A stretch of 64,000 nt of DNA. Origin: a virus. Every line of letters starts with the position of its first letter. Within the stretch, counting starts at the first letter, position 1. A program made the position numbers and the translations under genes. The stretch is from IMG/VR virus record IMGVR_UViG_3300020430_000008, positions 1 through 64,000 of that record; one strand, 5' to 3'. This document shows positions 18,454-28,188 of the stretch, in pieces. The notes beneath the pieces were generated by a model. It saw only the letters and a list, made by a program, of their open reading frames with translations, had not been told where the DNA came from and did not search any database.

Positions 18454-20193
18454 TTAAGCCCCAGACTCACCAAGAAGTCCTCGGACAATAACAAGACCGT
18501 ACATATCAGGACGCACCATCTTCTTAGCGTAGCGAGTCATGACACCCTTGCGTGGCACGAAGTCCTCGACACCAAAGATGGTGGGAGTAACTTGCAGTGG
18601 CACATAAGGAGCGTATACATAACCGCTCTCTAAGAAAGATCCACCCTTACGACCAACGAGGACGACGTTTCTTGGGAAGTAAGGATCGACATAAACGTCC
18701 CACTTCTTGGAAATGCTTCCAACGTTAACCGCTCCGACTTGACCCTTAGAGTCGTCGGCGGTGATCTTTGCGCGGAATCCACTAGTGAACTCAAGAATGT
18801 TGGCAACTTCTGGTCCGCAGACGATGAAGTTAGCGCCACCACGCAGAGTCTTGCGGTGGATTTGAGCCGACACGTCGTTGATAGTCTCAACCAAAGTCTC
18901 ATACCACTCACTGACAGTACCAGTGAAGTCGGGAGCCTTGGCAGATGCACCAATCTCAGCGCCAGTTGTACGCTTCACGAACAGACCGGGAGAGCGCGAC
19001 CAGTAGTAAGTACCGGCAGATGCACCCTTGATGAGATCTTCGACGATCTCGCGGTCAATCTCAAGAGCAATTTGCTCAGAGAGAATAGAGGTAAGCTCGA
19101 CCTCGGCGTCAAGGTTGTGATAGGCGTTAAGATCCTGTCCCAACTCTGGCGTCCACTTAGCCTTAAGCTTCTTCGTAACGGCGGTAACGCTGATCGAATC
19201 GACCTTAATGTCGATCTCGGCAATACCTTCGTTTGCCTCCAGACCCCAATCATCAGTACCAACAACAGCGCCGAGTGCTTGGTTAGAACCAGCGGCTGCA
19301 GTGCCAGTGAAGTCGTCAACAAGAGGGAAGGTTACCGTAGTGGTACCGTCACCTGTGCCGGGAGCCAAGCTGCTGAAAGATGCGGTCGCGTGGAACACAA
19401 CTTCAAGAATGGAACCGGACGCCTTAGAAAGACGACGTACTTGAGTAGAACCAGAAGGAGTTGAAGCACCAACTACGTTGGGTGGCTCAACCTTAATGGC
19501 TACGGGGTTTTGGTTGCTACCATCAAGACCCATCTGCTCACGCTGAGTGTCAGTGAGAGTCAGGTGAAGAACCTGTGCGTAAGTTCCTGCCGCAAGGTCA
19601 GGATCGAAACGAAGGTACTTGTCGGTAGCGTCGGCAGCACCGACCTCGAACACACCCTCACCAGAGTCAAGAACCTTCGCGATTGCGAGGCTGATAGAGC
19701 CTGTGGGAGAGCTAGAACCTTGGTTCATGGCGTAGAATGACTTCTCGCCGTGACGAGTAACATTGTCATCATCGATGGAAACACCACCAGTGATTTCTTG
19801 ACCGACAACATTGCCGCCGTAAAGCGACTCTTCTGCAGCAGCGTTAAGCTTAGCAGAGGTATGTTGGAAATCAAGGAAGAAAATGAGTCCACTTGGGAGA
19901 CTCATAGGCTGAACGGACACGAGGTCGTTCGCGATGAGGGAACCGAATACACGACGCACGATGGGGAATGCAACAGCGGCAAATCCTTCAACGTCACCAC
20001 CAGCCATGGTGGATGCCTCACGAAGTAGCTCCTTGGCTTGGTTCTCAAGAAGGCGAGCCATGGTATCCTTGGTTCGACTGTTCTCAAGACCCTCAAGAAG
20101 ACCAGTGCGCTCCCACTTATCAAGCAGAGCAGCGCCTTCCTTCGACACATCGCGAGCAACAATTCCTTCGGTCAACTTATTAATAATAGACAT
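18454..20193 (-). CDS. gp23: Major capsid protein (T4 gp23-like)
   Basis: VSVQPMSLPSGLIFFL, KLKAKWTPELGQDLNAYHNLDAEVELTSILSEQIALEIDREI, YAPYVPL and MTRY motifs. Confidence 0.97.
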   Translation of the reverse strand: MSIINKLTEGIVARDVSKEGAALLDKWERTGLLEGLENSRTKDTMARLLENQAKELLREASTMAGGDVEGFAAVAFPIVRRVFGSLIANDLVSVQPMSLPSGLIFFLDFQHTSAKLNAAAEESLYGGNVVGQEITGGVSIDDDNVTRHGEKSFYAMNQGSSSPTGSISLAIAKVLDSGEGVFEVGAADATDKYLRFDPDLAAGTYAQVLHLTLTDTQREQMGLDGSNQNPVAIKVEPPNVVGASTPSGSTQVRRLSKASGSILEVVFHATASFSSLAPGTGDGTTTVTFPLVDDFTGTAAAGSNQALGAVVGTDDWGLEANEGIAEIDIKVDSISVTAVTKKLKAKWTPELGQDLNAYHNLDAEVELTSILSEQIALEIDREIVEDLIKGASAGTYYWSRSPGLFVKRTTGAEIGASAKAPDFTGTVSEWYETLVETINDVSAQIHRKTLRGGANFIVCGPEVANILEFTSGFRAKITADDSKGQVGAVNVGSISKKWDVYVDPYFPRNVVLVGRKGGSFLESGYVYAPYVPLQVTPTIFGVEDFVPRKGVMTRYAKKMVRPDMYGLVIVRGLLGESGA

Positions 20194-20218
20194 TTTAAAT
20201 TGTTCTCCTTGTTTTGTC

Positions 20219-21259
20219 TTATTTGATTCCAGCTAGTCTTTGCATACGGTTTACCGCATGTTCAGAACCAACTGTCTTTTGGGTTTTGCGTCTTGGTAAA
20301 GTGGTAGACTTTCTACTAATGGCTTCGCTAAGTGATTCTGGACCGCGCTTTGTCGGAGCGGATCCCACTGTGCTTTGAAGAGTTTCATAAATAACCTTCA
20401 CTTCCTCGACAGTACGTGAGTTAGACAGTGCTTCGACAATCTTATTCTTTTGTCGCTCATTCAAGGAGACACTATTCAATACACGATTTGTATAGACGAG
20501 CTTTGCGTTGGAGAGATTGACTTCCTCAAGGTTGTCCTTCATCTTCATTGCAATGCTCTTCAATTCATTGTATTCTTCGGCAAGCTTCTTCTTATCGGCT
20601 GTCAGTGCAGCAACTTGCTCTTCTAAATCTTTCTTTGATTTGCGCATGCCGTCAAGTTCTTCTTCAAGATCTGAATCGACCTCTTTCGCTGCTTCCATTT
20701 CAGAAGCTTCCTCGACTTCTCTGCGAGTGGCATCACCGGGATGCCCGTTGGGAACGACCTCAATATCCACAGTGGTCTTGACTTCTTCTGTCAACTCCTG
20801 CAGGATAGCTGCCAACTGTTCCTCAGTTAAATCAATACTTTCCTCTTCCTCGCCCTCTTCGAGTGCCATCATAGCGTCCTCGCGGGGCTCTTGGGCTACG
20901 GCACCCATGCCGCCAGCTTCTTCTTCGGCTGCAACAGCAGCGGCAAGCTGGTCTAAATCAAGCTCAATCTTCTCTTCCTCGTCGGGGCAGGGACAAAGCT
21001 TCTCTCCCTCGGCATAAGATGGGGGAGCGTCTAAATCAGAAACTGCTGCTTCCTCATCGCCACCCATGGGGTTCTCTACACCGGGCTCTTCTGGCTCCAG
21101 ACCAAGCTCTTCATCCTCGGGTGCCTCGTTCAACAGGCGATCCACAGCGTCCTTGATTTCTGGTGCGTATTTCTCAAGAATTTGAGTTTCGGCATTCTTC
21201 AAGGCAGCTTCCTTAAGAGCCGCTGCATCGACGATAGCCTGTTCAAGCATACTAGACAT
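20219..21259 (-). CDS. Prohead core / scaffolding protein (gp22-like; start revised to MSSMLEQ)
   Basis: Very acidic coiled-coil protein directly upstream of the capsid gene, ending RMQRLAGIK. Confidence 0.8.
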   Translation of the reverse strand: MSSMLEQAIVDAAALKEAALKNAETQILEKYAPEIKDAVDRLLNEAPEDEELGLEPEEPGVENPMGGDEEAAVSDLDAPPSYAEGEKLCPCPDEEEKIELDLDQLAAAVAAEEEAGGMGAVAQEPREDAMMALEEGEEEESIDLTEEQLAAILQELTEEVKTTVDIEVVPNGHPGDATRREVEEASEMEAAKEVDSDLEEELDGMRKSKKDLEEQVAALTADKKKLAEEYNELKSIAMKMKDNLEEVNLSNAKLVYTNRVLNSVSLNERQKNKIVEALSNSRTVEEVKVIYETLQSTVGSAPTKRGPESLSEAISRKSTTLPRRKTQKTVGSEHAVNRMQRLAGIK

Positions 21260-21306
21260 TAATAATCCTCTCAATTAGAATAGGAAATAGATACGGTTTT
21301 CCAATA

Positions 21307-21315
21307 ATAAGTAGT
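21307..21315 (-). promoter_or_regulatory. Putative late promoter variant ACTACTTAT
   Basis: Intergenic, upstream of the scaffold-capsid pair. Confidence 0.55.
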
Positions 21316-21359
21316 TCGTTCATTAGCAAAGTGCCAATTTTCTATTTTCGTGTAAAGGG

Positions 21360-24300
21360 CTATCCGCAGTTGTATGTACAAGCTGCAAGATATCTCTTGT
21401 AAGTCACTCCGTCGTGCTCAATCGTATCCGTTACCGAAGCCCAGTCGATTGTTTCAACACACTTCGCAACAGTATAGCTGTGTAGCAGATCATCAGCCTG
21501 CTTTCCACCGTAACCGGGTACAACAGTCGAGCAAATGTAATCGCCTCTCTCGACTTCTCCATTCTTGTTGGTTACCCACACAAGACCTTCGCCAGTTGAG
21601 TTGACAACGATGGGAGTTTCGTTTTCGCCAACATTTTCAGGCGCATGGTATCCACCATAGAAGTAGTCGTCAGTATCGTCGCTGGTTTCAATACGACTCA
21701 AGACGCCAAACACTGCCTTGTCATTGTCAGTTGATGCAACAGATACTTTTGGAAGTCCTGTGCTGACTGTTGACTCATTCTTCATCCAAATTTCTCCCGT
21801 AGAAGATACGATAAGCCCGACCACAAGACTGCCGATAGGATCTGCAGTGACTGTCGGGTGGCGACCAGTGAACGCATCCAAGTAGGATACGCCGTTTGAT
21901 CCATCGCCAATGATTTTTCCAACAGCGGCGGTGGCACTTCTCATTTGCAGGAAGCAATGACCAGAATCAATGTCGCCTGTTGAATCATTAACCTTAAGGC
22001 GAAGAACGTCGGCTTGGTTTCCGGTCGCTGCGTTCTCAAAGATACCGACAAAACTGCTAGCCTGTGTAGCTGCTACGTGCAATTTGTGATCTGGACTGTC
22101 AGTTCCGATACCGACGTTGCCCTGAACGACCATGCCACCCGTTGGTGCTGTGGAGCTTCCTGCGTAAGATGAGCCGATCGCAACAGCGCCATTAATATCG
22201 AGCAGGTTAGCGGGCGCATCCTCGCTGATACCAATGCGGGCTTCGCCGGAGATACCAGTAATATACAAGACCTCATCTATAGAGGTGCTGCCGTCAACAC
22301 CAACGGCAAACTTCATCATTGTACCCAGCGATGAGTTGTAGGTCCATGCTGCCTCATCGCCCTCGACAAGAATGTAAGCCGTTTGTGCGGGATTGCCGGC
22401 AATGCCGTCTGTCTCCGTACCGTACCAGCGGATTGAACCAATGTTCCCGCCATTAGAGATGGTTCCACCGGGTCCATAAAGCGCAAGCTTTGTTTCGCCA
22501 GTCTTGCTGGCTAGACTCAACTGGGCAGTGTTCGATTGAATAACAACATCGTTGTCGATGTAGCCGTCGTTGTCAAACGAAAGTACAGTATTTCCTGTGT
22601 TGCTCTTAATATCATTACCAGCCACCGTCAGATCGCCGATGATAGTAACATCTCCATCAAAATGAGCCCAAGAGCCAACCAAGAGAGAACCAGACTTAGC
22701 AATTGAAATACCGCCGTTGTCATAGCCGTCAACAATCAGAACTTGTTCATTGTTATCAGCACCGTCAATAAAGAATGCGTTTTGCTTTCCGTTTGATTCA
22801 ATACGGAAATTGGCAGAGTTGCTGCCCTCGTTAAAGACAACGCTATTCTGCGAAAGCTCAAGTAATGGTTGTGTGTTGTTACCTGCATGAAGGCTCATTG
22901 TGTTAGGCGTGAACTTGATCGCTGTGTCAACATCACTAACGTGTACAATGTTGCCTTTGATTGCGAGATCTGCAAACGTAGCAGAACCACTAGGAGTGAT
23001 GTTCCAACCTTCTGTGGTTCCTGCCGCCTCATAGCCTCTAAGTGTTTGTTCCTCGTCGATCATGATGGCTCTGACAGCTTCGGGTGCATCTTGACCCGCT
23101 GTCTTGAACACCAATGTTGTGTCGTTTCTGTCGGATGCGTGCGTGAATGATGCCGAAGCTTCTACGGAAGCCAACAAGTTTGCGGAATCTCCACCGCCTG
23201 CATCAGAACCCATGAAGTGGAGAGCGCCAATTGGATCTGCGTTCGCAACAGTACCGTCGCCGCCCTTTAAGATCAGGATTGCTTGCTGATTGTCGCCGTT
23301 GTTTAGATTCTCGATTCTAAGTCCCGTGTCTGGGATGTGCTGTAGTTTGATCTCGGCGTCAGTGCCCCACTCAATGAACGCGCCATCGTTAGTGTATGTT
23401 GACGCTGCCGTGTCAATCTTGATATTGTTGTTCGTGTCAAGCACAAGATAGCTGCCCGGTCCAGCGGCTGAGCCGCTCAGGGTCGCACCTGCACCAAGTG
23501 TTACCGAACCAGATACCTTGAGATCTCCAGATGTTCTAAGCTCTGTGCTAGAGTAGTGCGGATCCGAACCTGACATGTCTGGAGTTGTACCGTCAGACCA
23601 TGCGACCTTTCCACCGAGAGCGTCCCATGAAAGATACTGACCGTCACTCGGAGTGTCGTCACCAATCTTAGTAACCTTTCCGTTTCTTCCGAACGTCATA
23701 GCAACATCAGCACCCAAACCATCGTCAACTGAAAGGTTGACGGTGCCGGCTGAGGGCGAAACATTGAACTTGATTCCTGCTCCGTCAAGAGTCAACCCAA
23801 GCCCACCAATATGTGCGCCACCTTGAGCACTCAAAGTGCTGGAACCAGAGATGCTTTGCGCCTCAAAAGAACCGGTGACTTGGTGTGTGTGTCCATTCGC
23901 AGAACCAAGAATACTAGAGCCTGATGCGAGCAATCCGCCATCAGAAATAAGATTACTGGTTGCTTTGACATCCTTGAAGTACAGATCCTTAGAACCTGTC
24001 ACCGATGTAAGACCACCTGTGATAGATGCTGCATTTGATACGATGATTGCCTTGTCACCCTCTACAGTACCGGCTGTGCCCACATCTGTCTTGGTGTAAG
24101 TCTTGATGCGGCTCATCTCAGCCTTGCGATTGGTGCCGTTAGCGCCGTCATCAACAATAATAAGGTCGGAATCAGCTAAGGCTGCGCCGATGTCATTAGC
24201 GCCGTCAATCTCAAGAGCAGAAAGAGCAACCTTGCCTGCGGTTGAGATTGTGTTCAACTTGCTGTCGTCAATCGAACCTGCGAGCATACTGTTCTCAACA

Positions 24301-26900
24301 GCAGTGGCAGCGATAGTAAGAGCACCACCTGCAGCGATTGTAGCATCACCGGAGACATTGCCAAATACAGTGTCCTCCAAGTTTGAAATTGTGATAGCTT
24401 TTAATTTTTCGCCAGCATTGCCATCAGCATCAAAAATCAACAACTCATCTGACTGGGCAGCAGTGGCTCCTAAGTTTGTTGCGGAGCCGATAACGTTTTC
24501 ATTAACCATGCCATCTTCAACAGCGGCAGCAGCGATAGTCACAGCGCCTGCACTGGAAATAGTAACATCTCCTGAAACAGTAACCTCTTGATAACTTGTG
24601 CCATCTGCAACAAGAATCTTCGCAGCTTGGTTGTCGGGCATTGCAAAGGTGGTTCCAACGGTCAGAGAGCCGGAAGTTTCAATATCGTTTGCAACAACCT
24701 TAGCCACATGAACCTCACCAGAACCCGTAACTGGTCCGAGAGCAGCAGAGATATGCATCGAAGAGTTGACTTGAGGATGGGAAATGAAATCATCTTTGAC
24801 TCTTACATGAAATGCAAATTTCCCAAGATCCGTAGAATACATAACCATGTCAGTATCAGGAGTATTGGTGCCGGCATTAAAACTGATTAAGTTGTGACTA
24901 CCGGAGCCATCATAACTCGTCATAGTCATCATGTTGTTACTACCGGCGCGGAATTGAATAGTATCGTTGGCTAAGTGTATGTATGTATCTGAGTGACCGT
25001 CTTCACCATCACCTAGGTGACGAATGTAATCAGCGGCGTGAATCTCTCCACCAAAGATTGCGTTACTGCTTACTTCCAGCGAGCCTGTGACTTGGTGAGT
25101 TTCTGCAGCGGTAGAGCCAAGGATGCTTGAGCCAGAAACATACAGATATCCAGAGGTGTCGAATCCAACTGGGGAATATGTACGATTGGTTGTGAGACTG
25201 GAAGAAGCATAGTTTGATCTGTCAACTACAATGCCGTGTGCCGTACCTGAGATATAAAGGTCGTTAACATAAAGGTGCTCAGCTTTAATGTCATGGGAAG
25301 CCGACATACCACCTACGATATAAAGTGCATGGCTTGAACCAGAAGCATCGATTGTCGCGATACTATTGCCAACCGCCGCGCCAGCTACAGTGGCGGCGCT
25401 ACCGACAGCAAGTACGGGTCCAGTACCGTGAGCAGCGGCACCAGAGATCCACATATCATTGCCTACAAATTTAGCTGCGTGGATTTCACCGGAGCCTGTG
25501 ATTGGTCCGAGAGCAGCGGAGATGTGCATCGAAGAGTTGACTTGGGGGTGAGAGATGAGTGGATCGAGAGCGCGGACATGGAATGCAAACGTACCGTCAG
25601 TTGAATACATCGCCATGTCAGTATCTGGGTCGTTTGATCCGGCATTGAAGCTGATCAAATTCTGACTACCGGAGCCATCATAGCTCGTCATGGTGATCAT
25701 GTTGTTGCTACCAGCGCGGAATTGAATAGCATCGGTAGCTAGGAGCATGTATGTATCTGAATGTCCGTCTTCGCCGTCGCCTAGGTGACGGATGTAATTG
25801 GCAGCGTGAATCTCTCCACCAATGATCGTATTACTGCTTACTTCCAGCGTGCCCGTGACCTGTGTTCCTACAGAATCGACAACCATCCGTGTGTTCAGAC
25901 CGTCCGTACCGATGCGTAACTTCTTCGTGTTACCGGAATAATCAATCCAGCCTTCGCCATCGTTTGCGTTTGTATTTCCAGCAAACCTAATAGTACCGAC
26001 ACCGGTTGCAGTAGAGGCAATTGTCATTCCACGGTTGCCTGTTAAGTCACCAATAACAAGATCGTTCTTTTCATCGGGCTGTGCGAGAGGATTGCTCCCG
26101 CCAATGTGGACAGAGCCAGAAGTGTGGATATCGTTACTTACAAATCTAGCCGCGTGAATCTCGCCAGAGCCTGTGATTGGTCCGAGAGAGGCTGTGATAT
26201 GTAATGAGCCATTGGTTGCAACATCAGCGTCGTTACCTCTAAGATAGAAATGGTATTTTGGGGAATCACCATCATTGTAATGACCGTCACGCATAAAGAA
26301 ATCTGTATCGTTCGTAGTGCCGTCATCGTCAGCATTGCTGCTAGCATTCAACCCAATGAAGTTTTGGCTACCGGATGCGTCAGAGCCATATATTCGCAGC
26401 ATATTTGTGCTGCCGGCGCGGAAGGTCATCTGATCCGTGCCCAAAAGGATATATGTGTCCGAATGACCGTCTTCGCCATCACCATGGTGGCGAATGTAGT
26501 TGGCAACATGAACCTCGTCGCTCAAGATGGTTTTGCCACTAACTTCCAGCGAGCCTGTGCGCTGGTGAGTGTCGTCGCTGGTGTCACCGAACTGTGTACT
26601 ACCCGATACCTGAACCTCTGTGGAGGTCACCTGCCTGATTGTGTAAGTCTCAGCATGGACCGCGCCACTAATGTACATGTTTCCATACAAGTACAGCGCG
26701 GAACCGCTAGCGTCAGGAGCAGACTTGTGCCCATCTGTTGCGGCATAAAATACTAAATCTTCTGAGCCGCTGAACTGACCGGGTACTAAATCTTCACTAC
26801 CCCATCTAAACTGTAGTGAGCCGGATGGACCGTCAGCAGAAGCTGTTGCTCGCTGAGCGTCAATATACGCCCATCCATAATCATCGGGTGGTGGAGCCAT
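21360..26900 (-). CDS. Long fibre protein with a C-terminal intramolecular-chaperone/autocleavage (Peptidase_G2-like) domain
   Basis: 1,846 aa with GNVGIGTDSPDHKLHV fibre motifs and a C-terminal FTGRH...VNSTGEGLVWV...GDYICST..PGYG.KQADDLLHSYTVAK...CTYNCG pattern. Confidence 0.75.
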   Translation of the reverse strand: MAPPPDDYGWAYIDAQRATASADGPSGSLQFRWGSEDLVPGQFSGSEDLVFYAATDGHKSAPDASGSALYLYGNMYISGAVHAETYTIRQVTSTEVQVSGSTQFGDTSDDTHQRTGSLEVSGKTILSDEVHVANYIRHHGDGEDGHSDTYILLGTDQMTFRAGSTNMLRIYGSDASGSQNFIGLNASSNADDDGTTNDTDFFMRDGHYNDGDSPKYHFYLRGNDADVATNGSLHITASLGPITGSGEIHAARFVSNDIHTSGSVHIGGSNPLAQPDEKNDLVIGDLTGNRGMTIASTATGVGTIRFAGNTNANDGEGWIDYSGNTKKLRIGTDGLNTRMVVDSVGTQVTGTLEVSSNTIIGGEIHAANYIRHLGDGEDGHSDTYMLLATDAIQFRAGSNNMITMTSYDGSGSQNLISFNAGSNDPDTDMAMYSTDGTFAFHVRALDPLISHPQVNSSMHISAALGPITGSGEIHAAKFVGNDMWISGAAAHGTGPVLAVGSAATVAGAAVGNSIATIDASGSSHALYIVGGMSASHDIKAEHLYVNDLYISGTAHGIVVDRSNYASSSLTTNRTYSPVGFDTSGYLYVSGSSILGSTAAETHQVTGSLEVSSNAIFGGEIHAADYIRHLGDGEDGHSDTYIHLANDTIQFRAGSNNMMTMTSYDGSGSHNLISFNAGTNTPDTDMVMYSTDLGKFAFHVRVKDDFISHPQVNSSMHISAALGPVTGSGEVHVAKVVANDIETSGSLTVGTTFAMPDNQAAKILVADGTSYQEVTVSGDVTISSAGAVTIAAAAVEDGMVNENVIGSATNLGATAAQSDELLIFDADGNAGEKLKAITISNLEDTVFGNVSGDATIAAGGALTIAATAVENSMLAGSIDDSKLNTISTAGKVALSALEIDGANDIGAALADSDLIIVDDGANGTNRKAEMSRIKTYTKTDVGTAGTVEGDKAIIVSNAASITGGLTSVTGSKDLYFKDVKATSNLISDGGLLASGSSILGSANGHTHQVTGSFEAQSISGSSTLSAQGGAHIGGLGLTLDGAGIKFNVSPSAGTVNLSVDDGLGADVAMTFGRNGKVTKIGDDTPSDGQYLSWDALGGKVAWSDGTTPDMSGSDPHYSSTELRTSGDLKVSGSVTLGAGATLSGSAAGPGSYLVLDTNNNIKIDTAASTYTNDGAFIEWGTDAEIKLQHIPDTGLRIENLNNGDNQQAILILKGGDGTVANADPIGALHFMGSDAGGGDSANLLASVEASASFTHASDRNDTTLVFKTAGQDAPEAVRAIMIDEEQTLRGYEAAGTTEGWNITPSGSATFADLAIKGNIVHVSDVDTAIKFTPNTMSLHAGNNTQPLLELSQNSVVFNEGSNSANFRIESNGKQNAFFIDGADNNEQVLIVDGYDNGGISIAKSGSLLVGSWAHFDGDVTIIGDLTVAGNDIKSNTGNTVLSFDNDGYIDNDVVIQSNTAQLSLASKTGETKLALYGPGGTISNGGNIGSIRWYGTETDGIAGNPAQTAYILVEGDEAAWTYNSSLGTMMKFAVGVDGSTSIDEVLYITGISGEARIGISEDAPANLLDINGAVAIGSSYAGSSTAPTGGMVVQGNVGIGTDSPDHKLHVAATQASSFVGIFENAATGNQADVLRLKVNDSTGDIDSGHCFLQMRSATAAVGKIIGDGSNGVSYLDAFTGRHPTVTADPIGSLVVGLIVSSTGEIWMKNESTVSTGLPKVSVASTDNDKAVFGVLSRIETSDDTDDYFYGGYHAPENVGENETPIVVNSTGEGLVWVTNKNGEVERGDYICSTVVPGYGGKQADDLLHSYTVAKCVETIDWASVTDTIEHDGVTYKRYLAACTYNCG
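24690..26570 (-). repeat. Three dispersed ~135-150-aa repeats in the long fibre
   Basis: TGSLEVS...HAANYIRHLGDGEDGHSDTY...FRAGSNNM...LGPITGSGEIHAA occurs at ~26130-26570, ~25460-25870 and ~24690-25100, with near-identical DNA blocks. Confidence 0.85.
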
Positions 26901-27258
26901 TTGAGCCGCCTCCCTTGGCTCTCATACGGCGCAGCTTACTTTGGCGCTTGCGCTGGGCTTCTTTCTTTCGTTCAGCCTTCTTGCGGAGCCTTTCTGCCTC
27001 TCGAATAGCCGCAGCGCGCTTGAGGCGCTTGGCGTCAGAGGGTTTTGTGTAATATCTATTCTCACGGACTTGTTCAACAATCCGCTCTTTCTTGCACTTA
27101 CGGACAAAGCGACGGATCATCTTCTCGGCAGGCTCGCCCTTGCGTGCAACGACAGTAACATTCGACTGTCTTGGTGGTCCCGGCACAACCTCTCTCTCGT
27201 AACGGCGAGGTCTGTGCGTACGGCGTCTGTTATGATTTCTGTTTCTACGGAATGCCAT
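26881..27258 (-). CDS. rpsU: Phage-encoded 30S ribosomal protein bS21 homolog with Arg-rich extensions
   Basis: Core VTVVARKGEPAEKMIRRFVRKCKKERIVEQVRENRYYTKPSDAKRLKRAAA matches the bS21 consensus (V.V...E..E.ALRRFKR......I..E.R.R..YEKPS..R..K). Confidence 0.88.
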   Translation of the reverse strand: MAFRRNRNHNRRRTHRPRRYEREVVPGPPRQSNVTVVARKGEPAEKMIRRFVRKCKKERIVEQVRENRYYTKPSDAKRLKRAAAIREAERLRKKAERKKEAQRKRQSKLRRMRAKGGGSNGSTTR

Positions 27259-27267
27259 TTAAGTTAC

Positions 27268-27732
27268 CTATGCGTCACTGCCAGCAGGGGCTTCGGTCAA
27301 ACCAGAGCCAGTCAAAGCGTACATTCTGCCGGCAGGAATGCCGGTAAGTTCAGCATAAACTCTGTAGTGTCCTTTGCCTCCACCATCGTTGGGCACAGAA
27401 ACATAGATACCAGTGCATTTAGCGCCAAGTTCAAGGACGCCGCCAGCAGAGCCTGTTACGGATTGTACTTCCAAATAGTGCAAACCACCATAGCCACTGG
27501 TCAAGCCGCCGGCAACATCGCCGCTAGCGGTAAGTGAGTTGTAGTGTACGCGAAGAACTCTATCGGAATAATTGTGGATGGTCACTTTAGACGCAACCCA
27601 TTGGAAACCGTACTCTACCTCTGTATTAACTGCTTGTGAATCCGAGCCTGAGATATAGGGATCTCCCGATACCATGTAGGATCCAACGTTTTGTAAGCCC
27701 GCTGAATAGCCGAATGTGCTGTTGTCTGCCAT
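27268..27732 (-). CDS. Hypothetical virion (decoration-like) protein
   Basis: 154-aa beta-rich Gly/Ser ORF in the head module, with its own upstream motif at 27754-27762. Confidence 0.6.
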   Translation of the reverse strand: MADNSTFGYSAGLQNVGSYMVSGDPYISGSDSQAVNTEVEYGFQWVASKVTIHNYSDRVLRVHYNSLTASGDVAGGLTSGYGGLHYLEVQSVTGSAGGVLELGAKCTGIYVSVPNDGGGKGHYRVYAELTGIPAGRMYALTGSGLTEAPAGSDA

Positions 27733-27753
27733 CTTTTATATTCCTTCCCTTCG

Positions 27754-27762
27754 ATAAATAGT
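27754..27762 (-). promoter_or_regulatory. Putative late promoter motif ACTATTTAT
   Basis: Intergenic, upstream of the 27732 gene, bS21 and the long fibre. Confidence 0.6.
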
Positions 27763-27767
27763 ATTGA

Positions 27768-28187
27768 CTAAATGAATTTGCCCCAAGCGTCACCAGCTAT
27801 ATTCAAGATTCCATCAATGTTTACGCCGGGATCATTAGGCGCTACATCTCCCAAGGGACTACCGGGCTGGGGCTCTGCTGATGATCTGCCTCCAGATGTC
27901 ATTGGCTCAACTCCCTCAAAAATATCGACGCCACCATAAGCATCTTTATTAATGGACTCAATTAATTCTTTTCGCGATCTTTCTGCTTGGGCAGATCGCT
28001 TAGGTGTTCTTTGTGGTTGGCGGCGCTCCTTAGCCGGGGGCGCTGATTCAACCAAAGGTGTGCCTGCGGTAAGCCCTTGAGCTACCTCAGTGATAATACC
28101 TGACAAAACCCCTTCCTCAAAAATTGCTTCTTTAATACACTCTTTGATTAGGGGTTTCAATACAGCCTTTAACTCGGCTTTGTTCAT
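27768..28187 (-). CDS. Hypothetical head-module protein (start revised to MNKAELK)
   Basis: SD GGGGAG before ATG 28187; N-terminal LKAVLKPLIKECIKEAIFEE helix. Confidence 0.7.
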   Translation of the reverse strand: MNKAELKAVLKPLIKECIKEAIFEEGVLSGIITEVAQGLTAGTPLVESAPPAKERRQPQRTPKRSAQAERSRKELIESINKDAYGGVDIFEGVEPMTSGGRSSAEPQPGSPLGDVAPNDPGVNIDGILNIAGDAWGKFI

Positions 28188-28188
28188 G

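Noticed and set aside
24690-26570. Diversity-generating retroelement template/variable repeats in the fibre
   Set aside because: The repeats are in-frame coding modules, the differences do not look adenine-specific, and no reverse transcriptase is present in the window.
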